Below are positions 13,701 through 25,500 of a stretch of 64,000 nt of DNA, in pieces. Each line of letters starts with the position of its first letter. The stretch's first letter is position 1. The notes under the pieces were generated by a model. It saw nothing but the letters and a program-made list of their open reading frames with translations. It was not told where the DNA came from and ran no database searches. The DNA comes from Octopus sinensis. Its lineage: Eukaryota. The DNA is taken from contig NC_043000.1 of the NCBI RefSeq assembly GCF_006345805.1, positions 1,860,001 to 1,924,000 on the forward strand. Direction: 5' to 3'. A program made the position numbers and the translations under genes.

Positions 13701-16700
13701 GGTGTTCAGTGTTGTTGTTGGTGAGGTGGTTGATAAAGTTAGTAGAATTCTCATGTCTTATGCCTTCTTCATTTCAGAACCTGAATAATGGAGGTAAAAT
13801 TTGGCAAGGTCAAGGTAAAAAGATGTTTTGATTAGTTTTTATGTGCGTATGTATGTGAGGGAGCTAAAACTGAGTAGATAAAAGTAATGAATTATCAAAC
13901 TATCTAAAGAGGGTGTCTTTATGCAGTTACTTGACCTGCTAGAAATTACAGCTAAATCTCCTTCAAATCACACCCTGCCATCTTATCAAAATTGCTCAGA
14001 TGAAGCATTATAGAATGCTGTCCTAGATATGTCTAAAAAAATGACAGGATGATCATAACTGGAAAGTCTTTGATGATTGGATTGTCTGATAGGAGTCGAC
14101 TTACAACAAAACAGCTCCAACATTAGTTCAAATCTGCTGCAGTTGTTTTCAATGAGACTTACGTTTCTGTGTCTCCTTTGTTAAGTATAGGGATCAGATC
14201 TCCTGGTGGTATATTTTTGGTTTTGTAATCTACCTGGGGCAAACAACAGGGAACTGCAGTGCATCAAACCCTAGAATATCCAGTAGGTGCTGCTGGAATG
14301 CCCATAAGTCATTTTCAGTTTGGTAGGTCTTTGCACTTTAACTCTCTCTTTTACTCTTTTACTTGTTTCAGTCATTTGACTGCGGCCATGCTGGAGCACC
14401 GCCTTTAATCGAGCAACTCGACCCCGGGACTTATTTCTTTGTAAGCCCAGTACTTATTCTATCGGTCTCTTTTGCCGAACCGCTAAGTAACAGGGATATA
14501 AACACACCAGCATCAGTTGTCAAGCAATGCTAGGGGGACAAACACAGACACACAAACACACACACGCATATATACATATATATTTCTTTACTACCCACAA
14601 GGGGCTAAACACAGAGGAGACAAACAAGGACAGACAAACGGATTAAGTCGATTACATCGACCCCAGTGCGCAACTGGTACTTAATTTATCGACCCCGGAA
14701 GGATGAAAGGCGAAGTCGACCTCGGCGGAATTTGAACTCGGAACGTAACGGCAGACGAAATACCTATTTCTTTACTACCCACAAGGGGCTAAACACAGAG
14801 GAGACAAACAAGGACAGACAAACGGATTAAGTCGATTACATCGACCCCTGTGCGCAACTGGTACTTAATTTATCGACCCCGGAAGGATGAAAGGCGAAGT
14901 CGACCTCGGCGGAATTTGAACTCGGAACGTAACGGCAGACGAAATACGGCAACGCATTTCGCCCGGCGTGCTTAACGTTTCTGCCAGCTCGCCGCATATA
15001 TACATATATACGACGGGCTTCTTTCAGTTTCCGTCTACCAAATCCACTCACAAGGCTTTGGTCGGCGGCCCAAGGCTATAGTAGAAGACACTTGCCCAAG
15101 GTGCCACGCAGTGTGACTGAACCCGGAACCATGTGGTTGGTAAGCAAGCTACTTACCACACAGCCACACTATTTACCATTTTACAGTTTTTTTTCTTTTT
15201 TGAGATTTGTTTTGATGTCTTAAAATGTTTGTTTTCATGTGTGTTCTCTTTCTCTTCGTAGCATTTGGAGAACATGATGATATCAGCAACAATACACCTC
15301 CGTACAGCCCTACACCATGTCTGAAAGTGCGTAACATGTTTAAAGCAGATGTGTAAGTACAGTGTACAGTTTTATTCACCCTGCAGTGTAACTTATTCTT
15401 TCTCTCTTTGTCATGATCACTGTCTCATGTAGGTTGTAGGTTGGACAATTACACCTGTCGGTGTAGGTTGGACAATTACACCTTTTTTCTCAAGTATAAT
15501 TTAATTTATCATTATTATCAAGACGGCAAGCAGGCAGAATCGTTAGTGTGCCGGACGAAATGCTTAGCAGTATTTCGCCTATCGCTACGTTCTGAGTTCA
15601 AATTCCACCAAGGTCCACTTTGCCTTTCATCCTTTTGGGGCCAATAAATTAAGTACCAGTAAAATACTGGGATCGATGTAATCAACTAGTCCCCTCTCCC
15701 AAAATTTCAGGCCTTGTGCCTATAGTAGAAAGGATTATTATTATTTTTATTATTATCATCACTATAATTATTTAGACAATGAACCTGGTTGCCAGACAAA
15801 ATGCTTAGCAGCATTTCTTCCAGTTTTATGTTCTGAGTTCAAATTCAATGGAGGTCAACTTTATCTTTTATCCTTTCAGGGGTCAATAAAATAAGTTCCA
15901 GTCAAGTTCAGGGTCACTGCCAAAAACTTACCCCCTTCACCCCTCAAAATTTGAAGCTTTGTGCCTATAACTGAAAGAATTATTATTGTTAATTACTTCA
16001 GCTAACATTGCCCATGTAACTACATTCCATCATAAACTCAATAGTATTTAGTTGTTATTTAACCTCGGGTGATCTCTAATTGAGCTGACTTATAATAATA
16101 GATATTCCAACTGTGACCATCATCATTTTACTGGCATTTTACCATACTGGCATGAGTTGATCCAGTTTTCTGAAGCAGTGTTTTACAGCCAGTTACCCTA
16201 TTAGTCACCTCTTATGACATGCAAGGATACAAGCTCTTTATTCTAAAACTGGGATACACACTCAAAACTGGGATATACACTTAAAGTGTATTTATGACTA
16301 TCCAATGTGTCTTTCAAATCTTTTAAGACAATATGGTATAGTTTGAATGCAATTCAATTGCTATTTCTACCATCTGCAAAACAGAAGATGGTTAGCATTT
16401 CTCTTGACATAAGTGAAAGAAACTGCCTTTGTTTTAACATTCCTTTTTCCATGCTAACATGGGTTACACAGATATATTATTAAGGTATTGCTTCTGGATG
16501 CTCTTCCTGGTGCTAACCCTTACCTTCTTTCCAAGCAAAGTCTCCCTTATTTCATATGCTTTAACCCTTTAGTGTTCAGATTACTCTGTTAAACGTAATA
16601 ATTTTTCACTCAAATTGTTTTGAATTAATCATGCATTATCTTATAGCTTTGAGGTTTCAATGATGTGATTGTTTATTTTTAGCATGACATTGTAGGTTAG

Positions 16701-19700
16701 GTGTGAGAGGCTAGATATCGCCAGTTTGAATATAAAACATGTAGAATATCAGGGCCAGATATGGCCAGTTTAAACACTAAAGGGTTAAATAACATCATAT
16801 TCACTTGTAGTTGGAAATTTTCAGGGAAATGCAAATGTAAACAAACTCACGCACAGAGAAGCATCGTTTAGTTTCCATCTATCAAATCTACTTGTTAAGC
16901 TTTTACTGCCCCTTAGCTTATAGTAGAAGATACTTGACTAAAGTATTGCACAGTGGAACAAAATCCAAAGCTACATGATTGGAAAGCAAACTTCTTAATC
17001 ACAACTCTCTGGTCTTTTGAACTTGACTTCATGTTTCCACTGAAGTTAAATCATATTTGCATGTAGCAGTGTCCCGACCTCTGGCTACATGTTTTCGTCT
17101 CTTCTGCATACATCGTCTTAATATTGTGTTCTTTTTGCTGTAGGCTATTAGGTAAAAGTGCACAGTAGTGTGGCTAGAATAAAGGAACACAAAGGGACCT
17201 TATTACCTTCATGATGTAATGAGACATTTTGGTGCTGCTCACTCCTGTCTCTTTTCCTCTCTGTTTTCAGTGAAGAAGGTGATGACTGGGATGTACATAT
17301 AGAAGATGCAATCTTAGAAAAGTGTAAAAATATCAATGGAATTCTTCACATTCATGTCGATAAATCTTCTAAAGAGGTAAACCAAATTTCTTTTTTTTTT
17401 TATTTTCAAATTTAACAACCATTGTAAAAAGATATCTTTCACCACAAAACATCTATTCTGGTTAAACACATTAAAAACTAGTCACACATATAATCTTTAC
17501 CATTATCATCACATCACCACCACTGCACACAAGCATACAATTTTGCCATTCACCACACATGCCCACTCCTCAACCAAATCTGCTATAACATGTTTTTGTT
17601 TGTTATCCACTTCAGGGATGTGTCTACATCAAGTGTGACAATTGCGAAACTGCAGGTCATGTGTACAGATCTCTCCATGGATGGTGGTTTGATAGTAAGT
17701 ACATCTTTATATCTGTCTCTGCTAGAGTAACAGTAGACCGTGATGTCTCCAGCACAGGGTGACAGTAGACCGTGATGTCTCCTGCACAAGGTGACAGTGG
17801 ACAGTGATGTCTCCTGCACAAGGTGACAGTGGACAGTGATGTCTCCTGCACAAGGTGACAGTGGACAGTGCTGTTTCCTGCACAAGGTGACAGTGGACAG
17901 TGCTGTTTCCTGCACAAGATGACAGTGGACAGTGCTGTTTCCTGCACAAGGTGACAGTGGACAGTGATGTCTCCTGCACAAGATGACAGTGGACAGTGAT
18001 GTTTCCTGCACAAGGTGACAGTGGACAATGATGTTTCCTGCACAAGGTGACTGGACAATGATGTCTCCTGCACAAGTTGACAGTGGACAGTGTTGTTTCC
18101 TGCACAATGTGACAGTGGACAATGATGTTTCCTGCACAAGGTGACAGTGGACAATGATGTTTCCTGCACAAGGTGACAGTGGACAGTGATGTTTCCTGCG
18201 CAAGGTGACAGTGGACAGTGATGTTTCCTGCGCAAGGTGACAGTGGACAGTGATGTTTCCTGCACAAGGTGACAGTGGACAATGATGTTTCCTGCACAAG
18301 GTGACAGTGGACAGTGATGTCTCCTGCACAAGGTGACAGTGGACAATGTTTCCTGCACAAGGTGACAGTGGACAATGATGTCTCCTGCACAAGATGACAG
18401 TGGACAATGATGTCTCCTGCACAAGATGACAGTGGACAATGATGTTTCCTGCACAAGGTGACAGTGGACAGTGATGTTTCCAGCACAAAGTGACAGTGGA
18501 CAATGATGTTTCCTGCACAAGGTGACAGTGGACAATGATGTTTCCTGCACAAGGTGACAGTGGACAATGATGTTTCCTGCACAAGGTGACAGTGGCCAGT
18601 GATGTTTCCTGCACAAGGCGACAGTGGACAGTGATGTCTCCTGCACAAGATGACAGTGGACAGTGATGTCTCCTGCACAAGATGACAGTGGACAGTGATG
18701 TCTCCTGCACAAGATGACAGTGGACAGTGATGTCTCCTGCACAAGGTGACAGTGGACAGTGATGTCTCCTGCACAAGATGACAGTGGACAGTGATGTCTC
18801 CTGCACAAGGTGACAGTGGACAGTGATGTCTCCTGCACAAGGTGACAGTGGACAGTGATGTCTCCTGCACAAGGTGACAGTGGACAGTGATGTCTCCTGC
18901 ACAAGATGACAGTGGACAGTGATGTCTCCTGCACAAGGTGACAGTGGACAGTGATGTCTCCTGCACAAGGTGACAGTGGACAGTGATGTCTCCTGCACAA
19001 GGTGACTGGACAGTGATGTTTCCTGCACAAGGTGACAGTGGACGATGATGTTTCCTGCACAAGGTGACAGTGGACAGTGATGTTTCCTGCACAAGGTGAC
19101 AGTGGACAGTGATGTTTCCTGCACAAGGTGACAGTGGACAATGATGTTTCCTGCACAAGGTGACAGTGGACAGTGATGTTTCCTGCACAAGGTGACAGTG
19201 GACAGTGATGTTTCCTGCACAAGGTGACAGTGGACAATGTTTCCTGCACAAGGTGACAGTGGACAATGATGTCTCCTGCACAAGATGACAGTGGACAATG
19301 ATGTCTCCTGCACAAGATGACAGTGGACAATGATGTTTCCTGCACAAGGTGACAGTGGACAGTGATGTTTCCTGCACAAGGTGACAGCGGACAGTGATGT
19401 TTCCTGCACAATGTGACAGTGGACAGTGATGTTTCCTGCACAAGGTGACAGTGGACAATGTTTCCTGCACAAGGTGACAGTGGACAGTGATGTTTCCTGC
19501 ACAAGGTGACAGTGGACAATGATGTTTCCTGCACAAGGTGACAGTGGACAATGATGTCTCCTCACAAGGTGACAGTGGCCAGTGATGTTTCCTGCACAAG
19601 GCGACAGTGGACAGTGATGTCTCCTGCACAAGATGACAGTGGACAGTGATGTCTCCTGCACAAGATGACAGTGGACAGTGATGTTTCCTGCACAAGGCGA

Positions 19701-20458
19701 CAGTGGACAGTGATGTCTCCTGCGACAGTGGACAGTGATGTCTCCTGCACAAGGTGACAGTGGACAGTGATGTCTCCTGCACAAGATGACAGTGGACAGT
19801 GATGTTTCCTGCACAAGGCGACAGTGGACAGTGATGTCTCCTGCACAAGATGACAGTGGACGATGATGTTTCCTGCACAAGGTGACAGTGGACAGTGATG
19901 TTTCCTGCACAAGGTGACAGTGGACAGTGATGTTTCCTGCACAAGGTGACAGTGGACAGTGATGTCTCCTGCACAATGTGACAGTAGACGGTGATATCTC
20001 CAGCATTAGGTGACAGTAGACGGTGGTCTCCAGCACAAGGTGACAGTAGATGTTGATATCTCCAGCAAGAGGTGACAGTAAACGGTGATGTCTCTAGCTC
20101 GGTAACAGTAGACGGTGATGTCTCCAGTACGAGGTGACAATAGATAGCGATGTCTCCAATACAAAGTGACCGTAGACAGTGATGTCTACCTCAGATTGGG
20201 AACGTAACCAGTGACGTTACTATAATACATTGAGACAAATATTTCAATGTTTACTAAGCATGTCTTTTAACTCTCTCTCTCTTTCTTTCTCTCTGCACAG
20301 GACGTCTCGTGACAGTGAAGTACCTCCGGCTGGACATGTACCATGACCGTTTCCCATCATCTCGAGTTGCCGTTAAAGCTATGAAACCATCTTCACACAG
20401 CAGAACACATTCAGTGTGTCAACAGCCCATACAACGATACAGTCTACAGATGACATAG
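2103..20458 (+). CDS. LEMD3: Inner nuclear membrane protein MAN1 (LEM domain-containing protein 3), 3' partial, 9 coding exons; 5' exons not found in the window
   Basis: Exons 2103-2204, 5082-5181, 7510-7630, 11448-11486, 13778-13814, 15262-15352, 17271-17376, 17616-17694, 20301-20458 are all AG/GT bounded and phase-consistent (833 nt). Translation GVVLLILLLRF...EEEQQQIYEMIEKIID...PYLAVQHVRD...WKKAAKFIEENESRIRHETRMIEGEEFDVWRW...KIWQGQAF...PTPCLKVRNMF...AILEKC...HIHVDKSSKEGCVYIKC...[26 protein letters not shown] matches the recalled MAN1 TM2-MSC-UHM region. Confidence 0.95.
2488..2708 (+). mobile_element. piggyBac-type MITE family 1 (~220 bp, TTAA|ccctttag...ctaaaggg|TTAA)
   Basis: TTAA on both sides of each copy: 7244-7462, 10714-10926(-), 16565-16784(-), 26652-26874, internally deleted 43508-43630. 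Confidence 0.85.
5082..5181 (+). CDS. LEMD3: MAN1 exon (DTLKSECEAMSRHDEEPYLAVQHVRDKLLQPSKR)
   Basis: tttcatttcag|AT ... AAAG|gtattt, 100 nt. Confidence 0.92.
6723..7115 (+). mobile_element. tRNA-derived SINE family D, full length with 12-bp TSD
   Basis: Head ggaggcgcaatggcccagtggttagggcagcggactcg...gtttcaattcc; TSD ttatgatacatt at 6711-6722 and 7116-7127. Other copies at 44085-44436(+), 44793-45060(+, different 3' part), 61885-62270(-, TSD agtacggttagt); related head at 1474-1765(-). Confidence 0.9.
7510..7630 (+). CDS. LEMD3: MAN1 exon (KQLLPIWKKAAKFIEENESRIRHETRMIEGEEFDVWRWLP)
   Basis: tcattttag|G ... CCA|gtaagt, 121 nt; conserved MSC motif ESRIRxETRxIxGxxFxVWRW. Confidence 0.95.
8125..9752 (+). 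mobile_element. Degenerate Penelope-like retroelement (RT C-terminal half + Cys-rich linker + GIY-YIG endonuclease + 3' tail)
   Basis: Frameshifted pieces: NIDHDEWVEVC, LLKFVLQSNTMKFGQKFYHQTRG..TPMAVNFVNVFMMKFE, FLVWEGS, IKFT, IVAFRQNKNIREHLI, KPCSLCNNM, HLVYAAEC..IYV..TIEQLNKRFDGHKFDI..PAKHF..DLKVHIL are characteristic of PLE RT and GIY-YIG. Confidence 0.85.
11448..11486 (+). CDS. LEMD3: MAN1 micro-exon (VCCTSSPHMTQSL), phase 0-0
   Basis: Pyrimidine tract + tgaacag|GTC ... TTG|gtgagt, 39 nt, open. Linker sequence with no homology support; the ORF also stays intact if it is skipped. Confidence 0.6.
12225..13378 (-). mobile_element. Tc1-like DNA transposon, 3'-truncated and frameshifted
   Basis: TIR cagaggagttggacaaaataatggaatcacc after TA at 13379-13380; paired-like HTH MTDLLDFQRGQIVGAHMAGAS...VSKVM...NSGRKPKLSDRD; catalytic pieces SSFTFFPTTHRVYVWR..PTVKHGEGSVM and IHPMVEELFPEGNTIFQDDNTPIH. 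Confidence 0.9.
13447..13755 (-). mobile_element. CR1-type LINE 3' end with (AAT)n tail
   Basis: NTRGHAYKVRKQ..RKHFFTLRVAEAWNKLPASVV..SFK motif; copies at 36950-37325(+) and 42835-43127(+). Confidence 0.88.
13778..13814 (+). CDS. LEMD3: MAN1 micro-exon (NLNNGGKIWQGQ)
   Basis: ttcatttcag|AAC ... CAAG|gtaaaa, 37 nt; supplies the conserved KxWQGQ(AF) motif and the phase 1 needed for the next exon. Confidence 0.9.
15262..15352 (+). CDS. LEMD3: MAN1 exon (AFGEHDDISNNTPPYSPTPCLKVRNMFKADV)
   Basis: tctcttcgtag|CA ... GT|gtaagt, 91 nt; UHM start TPCLKxRNMF. Confidence 0.95.
17271..17376 (+). CDS. LEMD3: MAN1 exon (EEGDDWDVHIEDAILEKCKNINGILHIHVDKSSKE)
   Basis: ctgttttcag|T ... GAG|gtaaac, 106 nt. 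Confidence 0.95.
17616..17694 (+). CDS. LEMD3: MAN1 exon (GCVYIKCDNCETAGHVYRSLHGWWFD)
   Basis: ccacttcag|GGA ... GATA|gtaagt, 79 nt. Confidence 0.95.
17730..20200. repeat. 32-bp minisatellite (gtgatgtttcctgcacaaggtgacagtggaca), ~2.5 kb, filling the last LEMD3 coding intron
   Basis: Direct tandem units with a homogeneous core and degenerate edges. Confidence 0.98.
20301..20458 (+). CDS. LEMD3: MAN1 last coding exon ([18 protein letters not shown]...LQMT*)
   Basis: ctctgcacag|GA, TAG at 20456-20458. Confidence 0.93.
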
Positions 20459-20939
20459 GTCACACCATTGCTTTCCAGTGCCTTTCTCTCTCTCTCTCCG
20501 ACAGCCCCTTCTCCCTTTTTTCTCCTCTATCTTATACCCATTGACATTTCATGGACTCTACATACACTCTACTACCATGTGACTTTTATTACTGTCTAAA
20601 ACATGTTATAATATTGTCATAATATCATCACCACTATTATCATCATCATCATCATTACCGACTATTGGCTATTACTTCATGTCAGTTTCCATAGCTTTGT
20701 GTGTGTGTGCGTGCGTCTATCTGTCTGTCTACCTCTCTCTCTCTCTCTCTCTCTATGTGTGTGTGAGTGTAGACCTGTTGTATATATTGCTGCCCAGCAA
20801 CTCCATGAATCTGTGTGTTTGTCATATCTATCTATATATACATATATTGCCATATAAGAGGACTTGTATGTGCAGTGTATTACATCTGTGTGTTGCAGTG
20901 GTGTGCATGTGTGTGTGCTTGTACAGACATTAATGTATC

Positions 20940-21059
20940 GTTCTCTCTGTCTCTCTCAATATATACATATATATATATATATTATATATATATATATATA
21001 TATAATGTGTGTGTGTGTGTGTATGTTATATATATATATGTGTGGTGTGTGTGTGTATG

Positions 21060-21094
<35 letters not shown>

Positions 21095-21203
21095 ATATAT
21101 ATATATGTGTGTGTGTGTATGTATATATATATGTGTGTGTGTATGTATATATATATGTGTGTGTGTGTGTGTGTATGTATATATATATGTGTGTGTGTGT
21201 ATG

Positions 21204-21236
<33 letters not shown>

Positions 21237-21824
21237 ATATATATATATATGTATGTATATGTGTGTGTGTGTGTATGTATATATATATATGTATGTATAT
21301 ATGTATGTATATATATATGTATGTATGTATGTATATATATATGTATGTATGTATATATATATGTATGTATGTATATATATATGTATGTATGTATGTATAT
21401 ATATATGTATGTATGTATGTATATATATATGTATGTATGTATGTATGTATATATATATGTATGTATGTATGTATATATATATGTATGTATGTATGTATGT
21501 ATATATGTATGTATGTATATATATATATGTATGTATGTATGTATATATATGTATGTATATATGTATGTATATATGTATGTATATATGTATGTATATATGT
21601 ATGTATATATATGTATGTATGTGTATGTATGTATGTATATATGTATGTATGTATGTATATATGTATGTATTATATGTATGTATGTATGTGTATATGTATG
21701 TATGTATGTATATATATGTATGTATGTATATATATGTATGTATGTATATATATGTATGTATGTATGTATGTATATATATGTATGTATGTATATATATGTA
21801 TGTATGTATATATATGTATGTATG

Positions 21825-21857
<33 letters not shown>

Positions 21858-21904
21858 ATGTATGTATGTATGTATGTATATGTATGTATATGTATGTATG
21901 TATG

Positions 21905-21937
<33 letters not shown>

Positions 21938-22154
21938 ATATATATGTATGTATGTATATGTATGTATATGTATGTATGTATGTATATATATGTATGTATG
22001 TATGTATATATATGTATGTATGTATGTATATGTATGTATGTATGTATGTATATGTATGTATGTATGTATGTATATGTATGTATGTATATATATATGTATG
22101 TATGTATGTATATATGTATGTATGTATATATATATGTATGTATGTATGTATGTA

Positions 22155-22187
<33 letters not shown>

Positions 22188-22272
22188 ATATATATGTATG
22201 TATGTATGTATGTATATATGTATGTATGTATATATGTATGTATGTATGTATATATGTATGTATGTATGTATA

Positions 22273-22305
<33 letters not shown>

Positions 22306-22446
22306 ATATATATATATGTGTGTATGTATGTATGTATATATATATATATGTGTGTGTATGTATGTATGTATATATATATATATGTGTGTGTATGTATGTA
22401 TGTATATATATATATGTGTGTGTATGTATGTATGTATATATATATA

Positions 22447-22487
<41 letters not shown>

Positions 22488-22505
22488 ATATGTGTATGTA
22501 TGTAA
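20940..22505. repeat. Compound (TA)n/(TG)n/(TGTA)n microsatellite downstream of the LEMD3 stop
   Basis: Visible directly; shorter (GT)n/(CT)n tracts at 20690-20770. Confidence 0.98.
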
Positions 22506-25500
22506 TATTTACATACATCCTCCCTCCTATCAGTGTTTTGGTGTGTTCACTATTGTCCTGCCTTACCACATCTTACACCAACATATTCTACCAACCACTC
22601 ACCACCTACCTCATATTGAAACATGAACATTTTGACGTTCACCATTTCACTCGCCCCCCCCCCCTCATTTAATCCTTGTTCCTCTCCCCCCCTTATTCTA
22701 GATGCTGCTGTATTTTTATTCTATAACCCATTTATTTTAAGCTAATTTAACTTCCAGTCCAAAAAAAAAAAGGACCTTGCTTTTTTGTCTGTTACTTTTT
22801 GTTTTTTTGCGTCTGTGTGTGTGTTTATTTATCATTTGTTATTGTTGTTGTTGTTACTAACTTTGCCTTCACATAGGTTTTTGTGTTGTTTGAATTAGGT
22901 CTGCCACAACATCGCTGTCATCTTAACCCTCCCTTATAGCTAGCCTAATTGGACCAAGCCTACCACAACTAAACTGGGTTGCATCATTTAATTAATAGGG
23001 CTTTGAATCAATCAATTCATTTAGCTTCCCAGTTATTTCATTGGTCGATTCACAGTTACAGTTGCGTAGGAATGAGTTTGGAGATGTTTACAAGTTGGGG
23101 ACACGAATGAACCTTCACAACTTCTTGTATGCTCCTTTTCTGTGTCCAGTTTGTTTCAGTGAGGTTTTGCTAAAACTATTACCAAAAATGTTCTGTATTA
23201 TGAAAAATGTTTCATTCTTTTAGTTTTGAGCTCCTTTTTTTTATCTGCTCCCCATACACTGTATTTACTTCATGCCACCTCTGTCATCTTACCTTTAAAA
23301 ACCTCTCTTACTCTGCCCATTAGCAGAGCTAGTTCTGAGAAACAATACCATCACACCCTTTGTATTTTGGTGTGTGTGTGTGTGTCTGTAGATGTAAATA
23401 TGTATGAGTGTGTGTGTGTGTGTGTGTGTGTGTGTAGCTGTATGAAACGATTTTGCAATTAGTTATTTGTATTTTTCTACATTGTGTATGGTGTTGGTTG
23501 GTGGTGTAATACTTCTTGTGGGTCTGTGACACACTCCTGTATTATGATGGTAGTACACTTCTCTGTAATTTGGTACGACTACTGTACCTGATGTATCACA
23601 GTCCTGTACTGTTGTTCTCTTCTGTGACACAACTCTGTGCTCTTCTTTGATGTGATACAGCTCTGTACTGTTTCTATCATACGACACAACTATACTGTGG
23701 TGTTAATCATTAACCAAACAGTTCCATTTAACCGACGTCTTCATATAAGCATCCTTTTCCTGTTCTGCCAACAGTGACATATTTATTTCTATATTTTCCC
23801 CTCATCCTCCTTTACACAGACACACACACACACACACACTTGTACACACACTCACATAACTATAGTTGCTCATTACCTGAGAGACCTAACTTCAGGTGTG
23901 CTAGTAACTCTCTTAACATAATCACCTGGCACTGCTATTCTGCTATCACTCCATATCACCTTCATCTTATTCACTAACATTCATCTAAACTGAGAATATT
24001 TACAAATTCTATAACTGGCCAGTTTCCATACACTCCTTCAACTTATAGTTGTCCGTCCATTTCAAGGAAATCCTTCTTCTTTCTACACCTTCATTCCTTT
24101 CAGTTTGTTGCTTCCCTGTAGTTTCTTTTGCATTGTATACAATGTGGTGAGACCAGACCCTTTCCCTCCTGGGCTGACTTTGCCTTTCATTTTTTTCAAG
24201 ATTTGCATAGTGTCAATAAAGTAAATTACCAGTTATACATTGAAATTGATTCAATCAACTGTGCTTGCTCCATTCACAGAAACAACTGTGTGCCTGATTA
24301 AAAGAATTTTCTATTAATTATTTTCATTATCATCATTTCATTGTCATCATCTTCATCACCATCATTATTATTATTAAGGGCAGTAGAGTGACAGAAAAAT
24401 AGCGTATCGGATAAAATACCTAATAGTATTTAATTCCATCCCTTTATGTTTGGAATCCAAATCACACTGGGATCAACTTTTCCTCATTGAATTGAAGATG
24501 ACCCTTCCGCTACAATTTTGGAGCTTTCAGCTCTCATGTACACAAAAATAAAACCAAATCATTATTCTTATTATTAACAGGCACTAAGCCACAGGAGTCA
24601 GTTATCATTAAAACAAGTCCTTGGTTTTGGTTCCTTGTTTGAATCTGCTTTGTTTTCATTGCTTGAGAAAAAAAAAAAGGCATGAATGTCTCAAACCATT
24701 CCCTCCCTTTCCAAAAAAAAAACTGATGCTTCATATTTATGGTAAAAAAAAAAAATTCTTCAATTGTAATGTTTTTGTTTTTGTTTTTTTAATGAATTTC
24801 TCAACCGATTGCATCTGTTTCTAAATGAGACTCTTTATTCAAACTGTGTAACCGTCAATTCCATTCTGCTACACATCATAATCAACAATCAGCTAAAGTG
24901 AGCCTGCCTTAACCTCCTGCAACACTCATCATTCTTCAGTTGTTTCGAACACATCTTTTAGAACTTTCCTCCATAAATGTTCTGTTACCTCTTATTTCAA
25001 CTGTTGGTTCCTTTTATGTAAGGAGAGAATATCTGAGGAAAATATTGAAATGCAGCCTTGGCAGTATTAGAATGGCTTTTTGTTCTTGGTGTCACATTTC
25101 ACCTAGCCTTGTTACGTATATTACAACTTGGTTAAACCATCATCTCCAGTGAAGCCAGGATTATTCACTTAACCCATCAGCTATGAACTTGGGCAGACCC
25201 AGCAATGCTGTTTGGTTCATATGTGATATACAAACATCACTAAATTTGGTCTTAGCTGGAAGGGACAACTGGGTTGTTTCGTCTCAGACAGATGGTAGGG
25301 AGTTTTGCCTGAACAGCAGTAATAGCGGTGGTATATTTGGGGCTTTGGGGAGGTGATAGGGTTAGTTAAAGGTCAGTGTATTGATAGTTGGTCACTTGAA
25401 TTCACTCCACTGCATCTCCTCCCCACCAAAATTCGGCCTTGTTTTTTTTTTTTATTGTCAAAAGTGAATCATTAATGTTGCACCAAATATGTTTAAAAAC

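Noticed and set aside
17583-20036. Long Cys/His-rich ORFs (817, 750, 625 aa) as real genes or a CRISPR-like array
   Set aside because: They come from a stop-free 32-bp tandem repeat read in all frames, antisense within a LEMD3 intron. There are no unique spacers, so it is not CRISPR.
20815-22672. ORFs of 299-603 aa (MYVC/IHTY repeats)
   Set aside because: Translation of TA/TGTA microsatellite.
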